Below are positions 24,715-33,463 of a stretch of 38,771 nt of DNA, one piece after another (the stretch's first letter is position 1; each line of letters starts with the position of its first letter). A model generated the notes under the pieces. The model saw only the letters and a program-made list of their open reading frames with translations, had not been told where the DNA came from and did no database searches. Source of the DNA: a virus (lineage: Duplodnaviria; Caudoviricetes). The stretch lies in IMG/VR virus record IMGVR_UViG_3300016263_000482, positions 1 to 38,771 of that record. One strand, 5' to 3'. The position numbers and the translations under genes were made by a program.

Positions 24715-27270
24715 ATGAACTACGATTTCATCCTCACCGCTGGTGACTACATCAGCAACGGACTCTCCGTCACCCTTACCGATGATCGCAAGGCCTCCAT
24801 CGGTCCTTGGAAAGACTTCCAAACCCGATTCATCTCAGACGATGAACTCTATGCCAAAGCCAACTACGCCAAAGGCCTAGCCATCATCTGTGGCAAAGTA
24901 TCCGGTAACCTAGAAGTCATCGATATCGACCTAAAGTACGACCTCTCCGGTGACCTCTTCGAGCGACTCGTCAACCTAATCCCTGACCTCTTGACCCGTC
25001 TAACCATAGCCAAGACCGTATCCAACGGATACCATCTATACTATCGCTCAACGTCAGTACAGCCCAACCAGAAGCTCGCTCGCCGATCAGCAACCGATGA
25101 GGAGATAGCCAAGAACCCTCACTTGTCAGCCTTTGTACTCATTGAGACCCGTGGTGAAGCCGGATATGTTGTTGCTCCACCATCCAACGGATACGAGTGG
25201 ATACAAGGAAACCATAAGACTATCCCAACCATCACAGCGGACGAACGGGATAACCTCCTATCCGCCTGCCGTTCCCTCAATGAATACCTGGAAGAACCTG
25301 CCCATGCCGAAGTAGTCACCCGTAATGACTACGGCATCTCCCCCATCGATGACTACAACCAACGTGGTGATGTCCTCGCACTCCTTCAAAAGCATGGCTG
25401 GAAGATCCTCTATGAACGCAACGGAAGAACCTACCTCCGCCGTCCCGGTAAAGATGAAGGGCAGTCCGGGGACTTCTGGCACGAGAGACGATGGTTCTCC
25501 GTGTTCACCTCCTCCTCCCAGTTTGAACCTAACAAAGCCTACTCTCCATCAGCAGTCTACTGCCTGCTCGAAGCAAAGAATAATTGGACAAAATGTGTCC
25601 AAAAATTAGCATCAGATGGATTCGGTCAGGACATCCGATCCTATAACCGTGAATATGGTATCCACAAGTTCATCAATAAGCTCTTCCGTGAAGGACATGA
25701 TGCCGATTCCGTCATCACAACCCTCATCCGTGAGCGTGACTATAAAACCAAAGATGCTCAACGGGTCGTGGAAAACGCCCTCAAAGCAGAAGCAGGTCCC
25801 TCCGATTTCTGGGAAGAAGACCACAAAGGCCGTCTCCTTGTCAACAAAGACCGTATCATCGACTTCCTAACTAAGAACGGATTCTATCTCATGCCATTCG
25901 ATGACGCTGGCAAAGACATGAGAGTGGTCCAAGTCAAAGACTTCATCATCGAAGAATCATCCATCGAGAAAGCCAAGAAGTGTGTCTATAACTACGCCAA
26001 AAGCAAAGACCCCAGAGTCGCTGAATATGTCGTTGACAAGCACTCCTTCTTCACCAAGTCCTTCCTGGAATACCTCCCTAACCTCAATCCAGAGTTCCTC
26101 AATGATACCGCCGACTCTGCATTCTATCCCTTCATCAATGGCATCGTTAAAGTAACAGCCGAAGGCTCAACCTTACTTGACTACGGCTCCATCGATAAAT
26201 ACATCTGGAAGTCCGCCCTCATTAACCACCACATTATCCTACAAGACATCTTCGACTCTGAAGGTAACTTCGACCCTACCCTTAACCCAAACACCGATGT
26301 CTTCGCCAACTTCTTATGGCTTATCTCCGGTCAGGATGCCTCCCGTTTCATAGGTACCATGTCAATCATCGGATACCTACTCCATCGTCATAAGGATGCC
26401 ACTCGTTCCTTCGCTGTATCCCTAGCCGAAGAAACCGATGACGAATCCAAAGGAGGCGGAACCGGCAAAGGTATCCTCGTAACAGCTCTCTCCTATCTCT
26501 CCAAGACCGAACAGATAGACGGTAAGAACTTCCGCCATGACAAATCCTTCGTCTGGCAACGTATCAACCTGGACACCCGGCTGATTGCTATCCAAGACAT
26601 ACGCCGGAACGTGGACTTCGAAGGCTTCTACTCCATCATTACCGATGGGATAACCGTGGAACGTAAGAACCAACAGGAAATCCGTATCCCCAAGGAAAAC
26701 TCCCCCAAGATCCTCTTTACCACGAATTACATGATCCCAGAAGTCGGTAACCACGCTCGAAGAAGACTCCGGGTCATACCCTTCGCAGAGTTCTTCTCAC
26801 CCGACTACACACCCCTTGACCATTATAAAGAGCAACTCTTCTACGACTGGGATGCCCCAAAATGGTCTATCTTCTATAATTTCCTATTCGGTTGCGTCCA
26901 GTTCTACCTCAAGAACGGAGTCCTCTCCATCGAGCGGACCGATACCATGAAGTACAAAGCAGTGGCCACCTCCTTCGGAGATGACTTCCGACATTGGTTC
27001 CAAGACTTCCGTGAGTCTAACCCTGATATGTTACCATTCAAGGACATCTATGGTAAGTTCCTTCTGGACACCGACCTGTCCGAAAAGGACTTCAGTAAGA
27101 AAAGATTCAAGAAAGCCTTGACCTCATCAGCTAAAATCTTCGGGGACAAGGCAGAAGATGTCAATCGAGGAGTAAACGGTGGGCGTTGTTTGATCTATCG
27201 CTCAAATAAAATGAGTTTAAGTGAAAACGAGGAAATTGAATCAGAATCGAAGAAAACAACAGGTGCATAA
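24715..27270 (+). CDS. Bifunctional primase-polymerase fused to SF3/D5-like helicase
   Basis: N-terminal CG.VSG..VIDID, GYHLYY and ETRGE.GYVV.PPS; C-terminal Walker A GGTGKG, IQD and FTTNY. Confidence 0.9.
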   Translation: MNYDFILTAGDYISNGLSVTLTDDRKASIGPWKDFQTRFISDDELYAKANYAKGLAIICGKVSGNLEVIDIDLKYDLSGDLFERLVNLIPDLLTRLTIAKTVSNGYHLYYRSTSVQPNQKLARRSATDEEIAKNPHLSAFVLIETRGEAGYVVAPPSNGYEWIQGNHKTIPTITADERDNLLSACRSLNEYLEEPAHAEVVTRNDYGISPIDDYNQRGDVLALLQKHGWKILYERNGRTYLRRPGKDEGQSGDFWHERRWFSVFTSSSQFEPNKAYSPSAVYCLLEAKNNWTKCVQKLASDGFGQDIRSYNREYGIHKFINKLFREGHDADSVITTLIRERDYKTKDAQRVVENALKAEAGPSDFWEEDHKGRLLVNKDRIIDFLTKNGFYLMPFDDAGKDMRVVQVKDFIIEESSIEKAKKCVYNYAKSKDPRVAEYVVDKHSFFTKSFLEYLPNLNPEFLNDTADSAFYPFINGIVKVTAEGSTLLDYGSIDKYIWKSALINHHIILQDIFDSEGNFDPTLNPNTDVFANFLWLISGQDASRFIGTMSIIGYLLHRHKDATRSFAVSLAEETDDESKGGGTGKGILVTALSYLSKTEQIDGKNFRHDKSFVWQRINLDTRLIAIQDIRRNVDFEGFYSIITDGITVERKNQQEIRIPKENSPKILFTTNYMIPEVGNHARRRLRVIPFAEFFSPDYTPLDHYKEQLFYDWDAPKWSIFYNFLFGCVQFYLKNGVLSIERTDTMKYKAVATSFGDDFRHWFQDFRESNPDMLPFKDIYGKFLLDTDLSEKDFSKKRFKKALTSSAKIFGDKAEDVNRGVNGGRCLIYRSNKMSLSENEEIESESKKTTGA

Positions 27271-27445
27271 CAGATATAACCGATTTTTAACCGTTTCCTA
27301 TTTCTCTATATACTTTTTTTATATTTCTTACCGGATTTTAAGATTGAAAGTATAAGAATCTGTTAATCGGTTTAAATGTTGGAAAACAAGCCAAAAACGC
27401 ACAAAATCTTAAACATATAAAAATAATCCAACCGTTAATCAGTTA
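27268..27445. other. Putative replication origin with convergent 8-mer iterons around an AT-rich core
   Basis: TAACAGAT, TAACCGAT and TAACCGTT on +; ATCTGTTA, ATCGGTTT and ATCAGTTA (same motif on -); directly after primase-helicase; C/G skew flips here. Confidence 0.65.
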
Positions 27446-27451
27446 CAACCA

Positions 27452-27736
27452 ATGAGAATCAAGCAGTTACAAAATCTACTATCTTTTACTGGGGTAACCT
27501 ACCTCGGAGAAATCCAAGACATCCATGTCTGGGCGTTACCCCCATCTGGGAGACTCCTTGCCGTATATGACGGCACCCCGTTTGAGGCTATTAGAGCCTC
27601 TCTGGACTCACTTCGGGAGACGGGTAGTATCGTACTACCACTTGAGGATAGTTCGTCTTTTATAGCGGACCTAATAGCTTCGCTGAATATGGAGGAACAC
27701 GAACGGCTGGCGGAAGCCTTGCTTGAGAAGATTTGA
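27452..27736 (+). CDS. Hypothetical protein
   Basis: 94 aa ORF, globular-looking composition; start uncertain. Confidence 0.45.
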   Translation: MRIKQLQNLLSFTGVTYLGEIQDIHVWALPPSGRLLAVYDGTPFEAIRASLDSLRETGSIVLPLEDSSSFIADLIASLNMEEHERLAEALLEKI

Positions 27737-27831
27737 CTACCTTTGGCGATATCGTTTGTACTTCTTGTACTATGGGTTTTCATTTAACATAATAACAAAT
27801 ATAGGACAGTCAATTCTTGTACTATTCTAAG

Positions 27832-28491
27832 ATGCGTTGCATAATCAACTATTCATCAGGCAGATACGTCCCCTCCGCTATCCGCCAAGCTGGTAAAATA
27901 AGGGAGGTTGGATACCTGGGCGAGTACATCCAATACCTCAATACCCTGCCTCCCAACTGCTATCCGCACCACGAAATACCATACCACTTCAAACCGATGG
28001 CGTTCTTGGATGCTTATAATCAAGGATATAGGCAGATATTATGGATGGATGCACCGGTTTACCCTGCCAAACCACTTGACCCCCTCTTTGAGACCATCGA
28101 ACGTGATGGCTACCTGATCCTTCTAAATGGATGGAGTAATGGGGAGTGGACATCGGACCGGGCCTTGCTTCCGCTTGGCATGAGCCGGGAGGCGAGCTTC
28201 AGTCAGCCCCACGCCATGGCTTGCGTCATGGGCTTTGATCTGAGCCGGACCGATGTGTTGATGGTATTCAACAAGTGGATGCTATCAGCCATGGATGCCT
28301 ATCCGGGTCCATGGAAAAACGAGAACGGTAACTGCTCCAATGATGACCGTGTCTTGGGTCATCGGCACGATCAGAGTGCTATCAGTGCCTTCGCCTATCA
28401 GGCAGGATGGCACTTCACACCGACCAGTGACGGAAAGATTTTGACATACGGGAACGAAGAAGGATATTTGTTGTATTCAAAACCAGTATAA
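27832..28491 (+). CDS. Glycosyltransferase-like protein (WMDA ... HRHDQS)
   Basis: FKP.A..A...GY..ILWMDA and GHRHDQS motifs of GT-A-like families. Confidence 0.65.
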   Translation: MRCIINYSSGRYVPSAIRQAGKIREVGYLGEYIQYLNTLPPNCYPHHEIPYHFKPMAFLDAYNQGYRQILWMDAPVYPAKPLDPLFETIERDGYLILLNGWSNGEWTSDRALLPLGMSREASFSQPHAMACVMGFDLSRTDVLMVFNKWMLSAMDAYPGPWKNENGNCSNDDRVLGHRHDQSAISAFAYQAGWHFTPTSDGKILTYGNEEGYLLYSKPV

Positions 28492-29090
28492 TGTATAGCC
28501 AGAACCAAGAAGAGGATGTAATCATCAACAACCTACCAAAGACCGGGACGGTCTTGGACATCGGAGCCTACGATGGGGTAGTCTTTTCCAACAGCAGAGC
28601 CTTGGTTGAGCAGGGATGGAAGGCTATTCTTGTCGAGCCGAGTCCGATTGTGTTTAGTCAATTACTGAAGAATACCGAGGACTACAAGGATCAGTTGACG
28701 CTGGTGAACTGTGCTGTGACGGCTGGTCCCTCAGGCTTTGAGACCTTCTATGATTCGATGGGTGACGCTATCAGTGGCTATGATCCTGCCCATCTGACCA
28801 AGTGGAACGGTCATCTGACATGGAGGCCGATGATCATTCAGACGGTTAACATCAAGGCACTGCTTGGTCATATTGGTATGGACTATGACTTTGTGACAAT
28901 CGATGTGGAGGGTACGAATCTTGAGATACTGATGGCAATGCCATGGGGTGATATGCCCAAGGTACAGATGGTATGTGTGGAGTATGATAACAAGGCTCCA
29001 CAGATGACGGACTTCATGGCGCAGTTTGGTTTCTACCTGGTCCATCGTAACGGGGAGAACCTTATATTCAAACGGAAAATTGATGCCTAA
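28491..29090 (+). CDS. FkbM-family SAM-dependent methyltransferase
   Basis: YSQN.E, LDIGAYDG...SNS, LVEP and IDVEG motifs. Confidence 0.9.
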   Translation: MYSQNQEEDVIINNLPKTGTVLDIGAYDGVVFSNSRALVEQGWKAILVEPSPIVFSQLLKNTEDYKDQLTLVNCAVTAGPSGFETFYDSMGDAISGYDPAHLTKWNGHLTWRPMIIQTVNIKALLGHIGMDYDFVTIDVEGTNLEILMAMPWGDMPKVQMVCVEYDNKAPQMTDFMAQFGFYLVHRNGENLIFKRKIDA

Positions 29091-29370
29091 GAGCAAGAAG
29101 AAAGAAGGTTTTGAGAGTTTCTTGGAGTTCCTGATGGATCGGGGAGCTGCCAAGGCGGAGCGGATAATGATGACCATGGACGATGACGAGTTCATGAAGT
29201 ATTATGCAACGATGATGGAGTTTGCGGCTCCTAAGAAGCAGAGGATAGAACAGGAAACCAAACAGGATACGGTCCATCGGATCGTTGTCAACTGGGATGA
29301 TAATAGATTACCCGATAGCCCTACAACGCCCCCACTTCAATCAGGACAAGGTCCTGAAGACGGCTGCTAG
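29083..29370 (+). CDS. Putative terminase small subunit
   Basis: Directly upstream of and overlapping TerL; EF..PK.QR.E...I.V.W C-terminal pattern. Confidence 0.55.
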   Translation: MPKSKKKEGFESFLEFLMDRGAAKAERIMMTMDDDEFMKYYATMMEFAAPKKQRIEQETKQDTVHRIVVNWDDNRLPDSPTTPPLQSGQGPEDGC

Positions 29371-30520
29371 GTTCAACGTACTCAAATGTGGGAGGCGGTT
29401 CGGGAAGTCCACGCTTTCGATATACAATGCCACACGGGCGTTGATGGATGGGAAGACCTGCGCTTATTTCGCTCCGACCTACAAGGATGCCAGTGAATGG
29501 TGGAACGAAATCTCCGCAAGGCTTGCGTCCATAATCTCCGCAAAGGATGCCACGGTCAAACAAATCAAAACTATCACGGGTGGTAAGCTGGATGTGTGGT
29601 CGTTTGATAACCCCGATAGCGGTAGGGGTCGCAAGTACCACATGGTACAGATTGATGAGTGTGAGAAGGGTATGAACTTCGAGAAGGCATGGAAGCAGAG
29701 TATCCGTCCGACACTGACGGACTATCAAGGATCAGCATGGTTCTATAGCACCCCCCAGTTCGGTAAGACTTTCTTCAAGGAGCTGTTCGGGTATCAAGAA
29801 AAGCTTGATGATTGGCGGTCGTGGAAGTTTACGACCTACGACAATCCTTACATCAAGAAGGAGGAGGTGGATGCGGCCAAGGCGGAACTGGACCCTCTGA
29901 CCTTTGCTTGCGAGTATCTGGCGGAGGATGTGGACCTGAGCCATAAGCCATTCGCCTACTGCTTCGACAAGACCCGGCACATCAGGCCAGTGCAGTATGA
30001 CAACGGTCACTATCTGCATCTGTCGTTCGACTTCAACGTGGACCCGATTACCTGTGTTGCTAGTCAGTTTATCAATGGCGAGATACGCTTCATCAAGGAG
30101 TTCAGGCTATCCAATAGTAATATCTACGAGTTATGTGACCGGATCAATGTGACCTATCCTGGAGCGGCGTTGCTGGTTACGGGTGATGCCAGCGGTCAGG
30201 CTCGGTCGGCTTTGACTGTGGGTAATCTGAACTACTACTCAGTGATCCGTGAGAAGCTAAGGCTCAATGTCAATCAGCTCAAGGTTCCATCTATCAATCC
30301 GGCTATCTCGGATAGTCAGGTTCTATGCAACAGCCTGCTTCAGAACTATAACGTAGCCTTCGACCCCTCTATGGTTTACACGATTGAGGACTTGATGTAC
30401 GTTGAGATGACGGATGGGGGCGAGATAGACAAGAGCAAGGACAAGCACAGGAGCCACTTGCTTGATGCTGTACGATATACATTCAACACATTCCATAAAC
30501 ACTTACTGCATATCCGATGA
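29297..30520 (+). CDS. terL: Terminase large subunit
   Basis: CGRRFGKS Walker A, RGR...QIDE Walker B, STP, nuclease SFDFNVDP, GDASG and H.LDA.RY. Confidence 0.95.
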   Translation: MIIDYPIALQRPHFNQDKVLKTAARFNVLKCGRRFGKSTLSIYNATRALMDGKTCAYFAPTYKDASEWWNEISARLASIISAKDATVKQIKTITGGKLDVWSFDNPDSGRGRKYHMVQIDECEKGMNFEKAWKQSIRPTLTDYQGSAWFYSTPQFGKTFFKELFGYQEKLDDWRSWKFTTYDNPYIKKEEVDAAKAELDPLTFACEYLAEDVDLSHKPFAYCFDKTRHIRPVQYDNGHYLHLSFDFNVDPITCVASQFINGEIRFIKEFRLSNSNIYELCDRINVTYPGAALLVTGDASGQARSALTVGNLNYYSVIREKLRLNVNQLKVPSINPAISDSQVLCNSLLQNYNVAFDPSMVYTIEDLMYVEMTDGGEIDKSKDKHRSHLLDAVRYTFNTFHKHLLHIR

Positions 30521-31338
30521 AGATTCTAGTACAATTCCCGACCAGAGGACGGCCTGAGAAATTCGCCAAGACCCTGCATACCTATCAAACGACACGGACA
30601 ACCAATATGGTCACGTTCATGATTACTATCGATAGGGACGATGAGCGGATGAATAATCCAAGGACGATGGCTCAGTTGCGTATGTGGTCTAACTTGACAA
30701 TCAATCTCATTGAGCCGAAGGGTAAGATAGGGGCTATTAATGCCGGGGTCGGTGAGGTTTCCAAAGATTACGACATCATTCTGTTGGCATCGGATGACAT
30801 GATACCTACTGGCAAGGGATGGGATCAGCGAATCATAGACGATATGACAAGGCTTTATCCCGATACAGATGGGGTGCTTTGGTACAACGATGGATATGTG
30901 GGTAAGAAGCTTAATACGCTGTGCATCTTAGGCACTAAGTATTACCGCCGATTCAATTACATATACCATCCTGATTATAAGGCTTTATGGTGCGATAATG
31001 AGTTCATGGATGTGGCCAATCATTTGAACAAGCAGACATACATCAACGATATAATCATCAGGCATGAACACCCAACACACGGACATGGAAAGAACGACAG
31101 ACTCAATATCAGAGACAACCAACTCTACTATATCGACAAGGCCATATATGAAAGAAGAAAATCAGAAGGATTCGGCCTTGCTGTCGATTCTTATTCCTAC
31201 CCTACCGGAACGGTCGGCGATGCTGGAGAGGTTGTTAAGGCAGATCAACAGCCAGCTGGAAAACCTAAACGCAAGAGAAAAGGTACAGGTGTGCATCTTG
31301 TCGGACAATCGGGAGCTGACAATCGGAGCCAAGCGTAA
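30517..31338 (+). CDS. Glycosyltransferase family 2-like
   Basis: FPTRGRP, ID.DD, A.N, ASDDM, WCDNE and H.HP motifs. Confidence 0.85.
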   Translation: MKILVQFPTRGRPEKFAKTLHTYQTTRTTNMVTFMITIDRDDERMNNPRTMAQLRMWSNLTINLIEPKGKIGAINAGVGEVSKDYDIILLASDDMIPTGKGWDQRIIDDMTRLYPDTDGVLWYNDGYVGKKLNTLCILGTKYYRRFNYIYHPDYKALWCDNEFMDVANHLNKQTYINDIIIRHEHPTHGHGKNDRLNIRDNQLYYIDKAIYERRKSEGFGLAVDSYSYPTGTVGDAGEVVKADQQPAGKPKRKRKGTGVHLVGQSGADNRSQA

Positions 31339-31768
31339 TCAGTTAATGAATAATGCAAAGGGCAAGTATGTAGCTTTTGTCGATGATGATGACGAGATAG
31401 GCAATGACTATCTGGCTAGTATCCTTAATGCTATTGAGACTGAACAACCCGATGTGATTGGAATGACTGGTATTATGAGGTGGCAGAGGACACGAAAGAT
31501 GAGGACGGATCATCGGTTCACCCATTCCATTGAGCATAAACGATGGTGGGATAGGGGATCAGGTATAAGGACTGAGTACTTTAGACCTCCCAATCACTTA
31601 AATCCTATGAAAAGGGAGATAGCGGTGCAATTTCCGTTCCTTGAGGTATCCTTTGGTGAGGATAGGGACTGGAGTGAGAGGATATCGGCTTCCGGGATGC
31701 TGAAGAAGGAGGTAAAGATTCCTGCTGTTATTTATTACTACAACTTCAATCCATATAAAAATAGTTGA
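31148..31768 (+). CDS. Glycosyltransferase family 2
   Basis: LSILIPT, GAKRN....AKGKYVAFVDDDD and GED.DW motifs. Confidence 0.9.
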   Translation: MKEENQKDSALLSILIPTLPERSAMLERLLRQINSQLENLNAREKVQVCILSDNRELTIGAKRNQLMNNAKGKYVAFVDDDDEIGNDYLASILNAIETEQPDVIGMTGIMRWQRTRKMRTDHRFTHSIEHKRWWDRGSGIRTEYFRPPNHLNPMKREIAVQFPFLEVSFGEDRDWSERISASGMLKKEVKIPAVIYYYNFNPYKNS

Positions 31769-31776
31769 TACTTTTG
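31769..31776 (+). promoter_or_regulatory. Bacteroidota -7 box TACTTTTG ahead of the CxxC gene trio
   Basis: Exact TAnnTTTG, 4 nt before ATG 31781. Confidence 0.5.
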
Positions 31777-31780
31777 TGAT

Positions 31781-32137
31781 ATGAGCATCAATATCTGTGA
31801 GTTATGTCATGTAATTGAGGTACCGGCTTGTCAATCAAGTTATTCTATAGACATTGGCTTATCGCATACCATATTCAGATGGATGTTTTTGGAGGATGAG
31901 AATGGTAATGTCTTTGTCCAGAAGGGCAAGACGCTGAGTACGGGTAACAATCCATGGGTCATTGATACGACTGATTATCCTGAAGGTATGTTCAATCCTT
32001 ATTCAGGTAGTTATACTCTGACATGGTCTAATAGTAATGATATCAATAGTCAGATTAACCTCACTATCAATGGACAACAGTATCCATGCGTGATATTGGT
32101 ATTCAAAGACATCGAGCAATTGGTTGATATGGTATGA
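31781..32137 (+). CDS. Small beta-rich protein with N-terminal CELC motif
   Basis: ICELC...AC and YPC; ATGA coupling. Confidence 0.65.
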   Translation: MSINICELCHVIEVPACQSSYSIDIGLSHTIFRWMFLEDENGNVFVQKGKTLSTGNNPWVIDTTDYPEGMFNPYSGSYTLTWSNSNDINSQINLTINGQQYPCVILVFKDIEQLVDMV

Positions 32138-32493
32138 TGGAGTGGCTAGAGCTATTCTGTTTGTTGATTGCGAACTCATTGGTTATCTTCGGGATAAACA
32201 AGGCAACGTACTTCGAGTACTGCCACCCGGATGAGGACCGAGCATTCTGCACAGATGAAGGCGTAGATAAAGACAGCCGGATGGTCCTGTATAAGCTCCG
32301 GCTATGGTCGCTCCAGGTACTTGGAGACTTCTGGTCCAAGCCTTTGTTCGTCTGTCCTCCATGCATGGCATCGGTATGGGGTACCGCATTCTATATTTTT
32401 ACAGGCTATCCATTATGGATGTGGCCAGTATATATCTTAATGTTATCAGGGTTAGTCACACTAATCAACTCAAAAGTCAATGGAGGTTCTTAA
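32134..32493 (+). CDS. Three-TM membrane protein with loop Cys pair and CPPC (DUF1360-like; VKOR/DsbB-like arrangement)
   Basis: TM1, then C30-x8-C39 loop, KPLFVCPPCMASVWG, TM2, TM3. Confidence 0.7.
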   Translation: MMEWLELFCLLIANSLVIFGINKATYFEYCHPDEDRAFCTDEGVDKDSRMVLYKLRLWSLQVLGDFWSKPLFVCPPCMASVWGTAFYIFTGYPLWMWPVYILMLSGLVTLINSKVNGGS

Positions 32494-32770
32494 AGAAGCG
32501 TTATTAAGGAACGGATTCGAGTACATCGGTCCATGCAAGGTCTGTGGTGGCAGGGGTTTTCTATATCGTAGAGGCCGAGCAGAGGCTAAGATCAAGAAGG
32601 ATCAGAATATGAACGAGGTCCATATCACGTTGACCGGCTATCGTGATGATGGGATGCGGATAGTGCAGACGCTGATTCAACGCAAGAACGACCTCCATAT
32701 GGGGAATATCGATAATATCATACAATCTAATCTAGGACTCAATGTCAACTCCACAGCAGACAACCAGTGA
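32480..32770 (+). CDS. Small basic protein with CKVCGG motif
   Basis: Overlaps both neighbours; single CxxC. Confidence 0.6.
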   Translation: MEVLKEALLRNGFEYIGPCKVCGGRGFLYRRGRAEAKIKKDQNMNEVHITLTGYRDDGMRIVQTLIQRKNDLHMGNIDNIIQSNLGLNVNSTADNQ

Positions 32771-33353
32771 ACCGCTACCATGGGTGGTGGATGAAGGTCA
32801 TGTAATAGTACCGGCATTCGTATCGGAGGGGGTACAGTATTACATGATGAAGGATATCTTCAACAGCTTTGCTGGGAGGGCATTGGATGCCATGGCCATC
32901 TACGAGAAGTGGTCGCTGAGATCGTCTCCCGATTTCATGAGGGGCTGGCTGAGTGCATTGGAGAATACGATCAATAGCAACCCCATCAAGATTACCGAGG
33001 TGGCCGAGATGCTGAAGATCATGAGGGAGCGGTTGGACTTTGCCTTGCCTACGGAGGGGTTGATATGGGAGTTGGCTGCGGTGGCGTTCTTTGATCGTAA
33101 CGAGTCACCGTATCGGTACGATCCTGAGTATGCGAAGGACAAGATAGCTCGCTGGAAGAAGGATATGGGCCTGCCTGATTTTTTTTTCAGATGCCCGTTA
33201 AAGGATATAGTGAGCTTACCCGACTTATCGGAGGAAGGTTTAGCGAATTATTTGATGGTTACATCGGCGGTCGATCAGAAACATATCGAGACGGTGCTAT
33301 CAAAGCTCTCGTCACAACAGCAGAGAGCCGTTTCTTCATTGGTGTTAGAATAA
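32742..33353 (+). CDS. Putative tail assembly chaperone (gpG-like)
   Basis: Upstream of tape measure; contains a T9 slippery run. Confidence 0.6.
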   Translation: MSTPQQTTSEPLPWVVDEGHVIVPAFVSEGVQYYMMKDIFNSFAGRALDAMAIYEKWSLRSSPDFMRGWLSALENTINSNPIKITEVAEMLKIMRERLDFALPTEGLIWELAAVAFFDRNESPYRYDPEYAKDKIARWKKDMGLPDFFFRCPLKDIVSLPDLSEEGLANYLMVTSAVDQKHIETVLSKLSSQQQRAVSSLVLE

Positions 33354-33463
33354 GGACCGAGTTCGGTCTTGATGCTAACAAACTGAATCTATATGAATAC
33401 TATCTGCTTATCGAGCAGTTAGATAAAATGAGCCGTACCAGTGGCAGAAACAGTCGTAATTAA
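33179..33463 (+). CDS. -1 frameshift extension of tail chaperone (gpGT-like)
   Basis: T9 at 33179-33187; -1 frame open to 33463, ending KLNLYEYYLLIEQL and overlapping the TMP start. Confidence 0.55.
   Translation, partial: FFFQMPVKGYSELTRLIGGRFSELFDGYIGGRSETYRDGAIKALVTTAESRFFIGVRIRTEFGLDANKLNLYEYYLLIEQLDKMSRTSGRNSRN

Noticed and set aside
27499-27783. Minus-strand 94 aa protein
   Set aside because: Ser-rich shadow composition opposite a more plausible + ORF; kept only as a possible antisense transcript.
27832-31768. DNA hypermodification (glucosylation) cluster
   Set aside because: No enzyme to generate a hydroxylated base was recognised and the genes are in the late packaging operon; disfavoured, not excluded.
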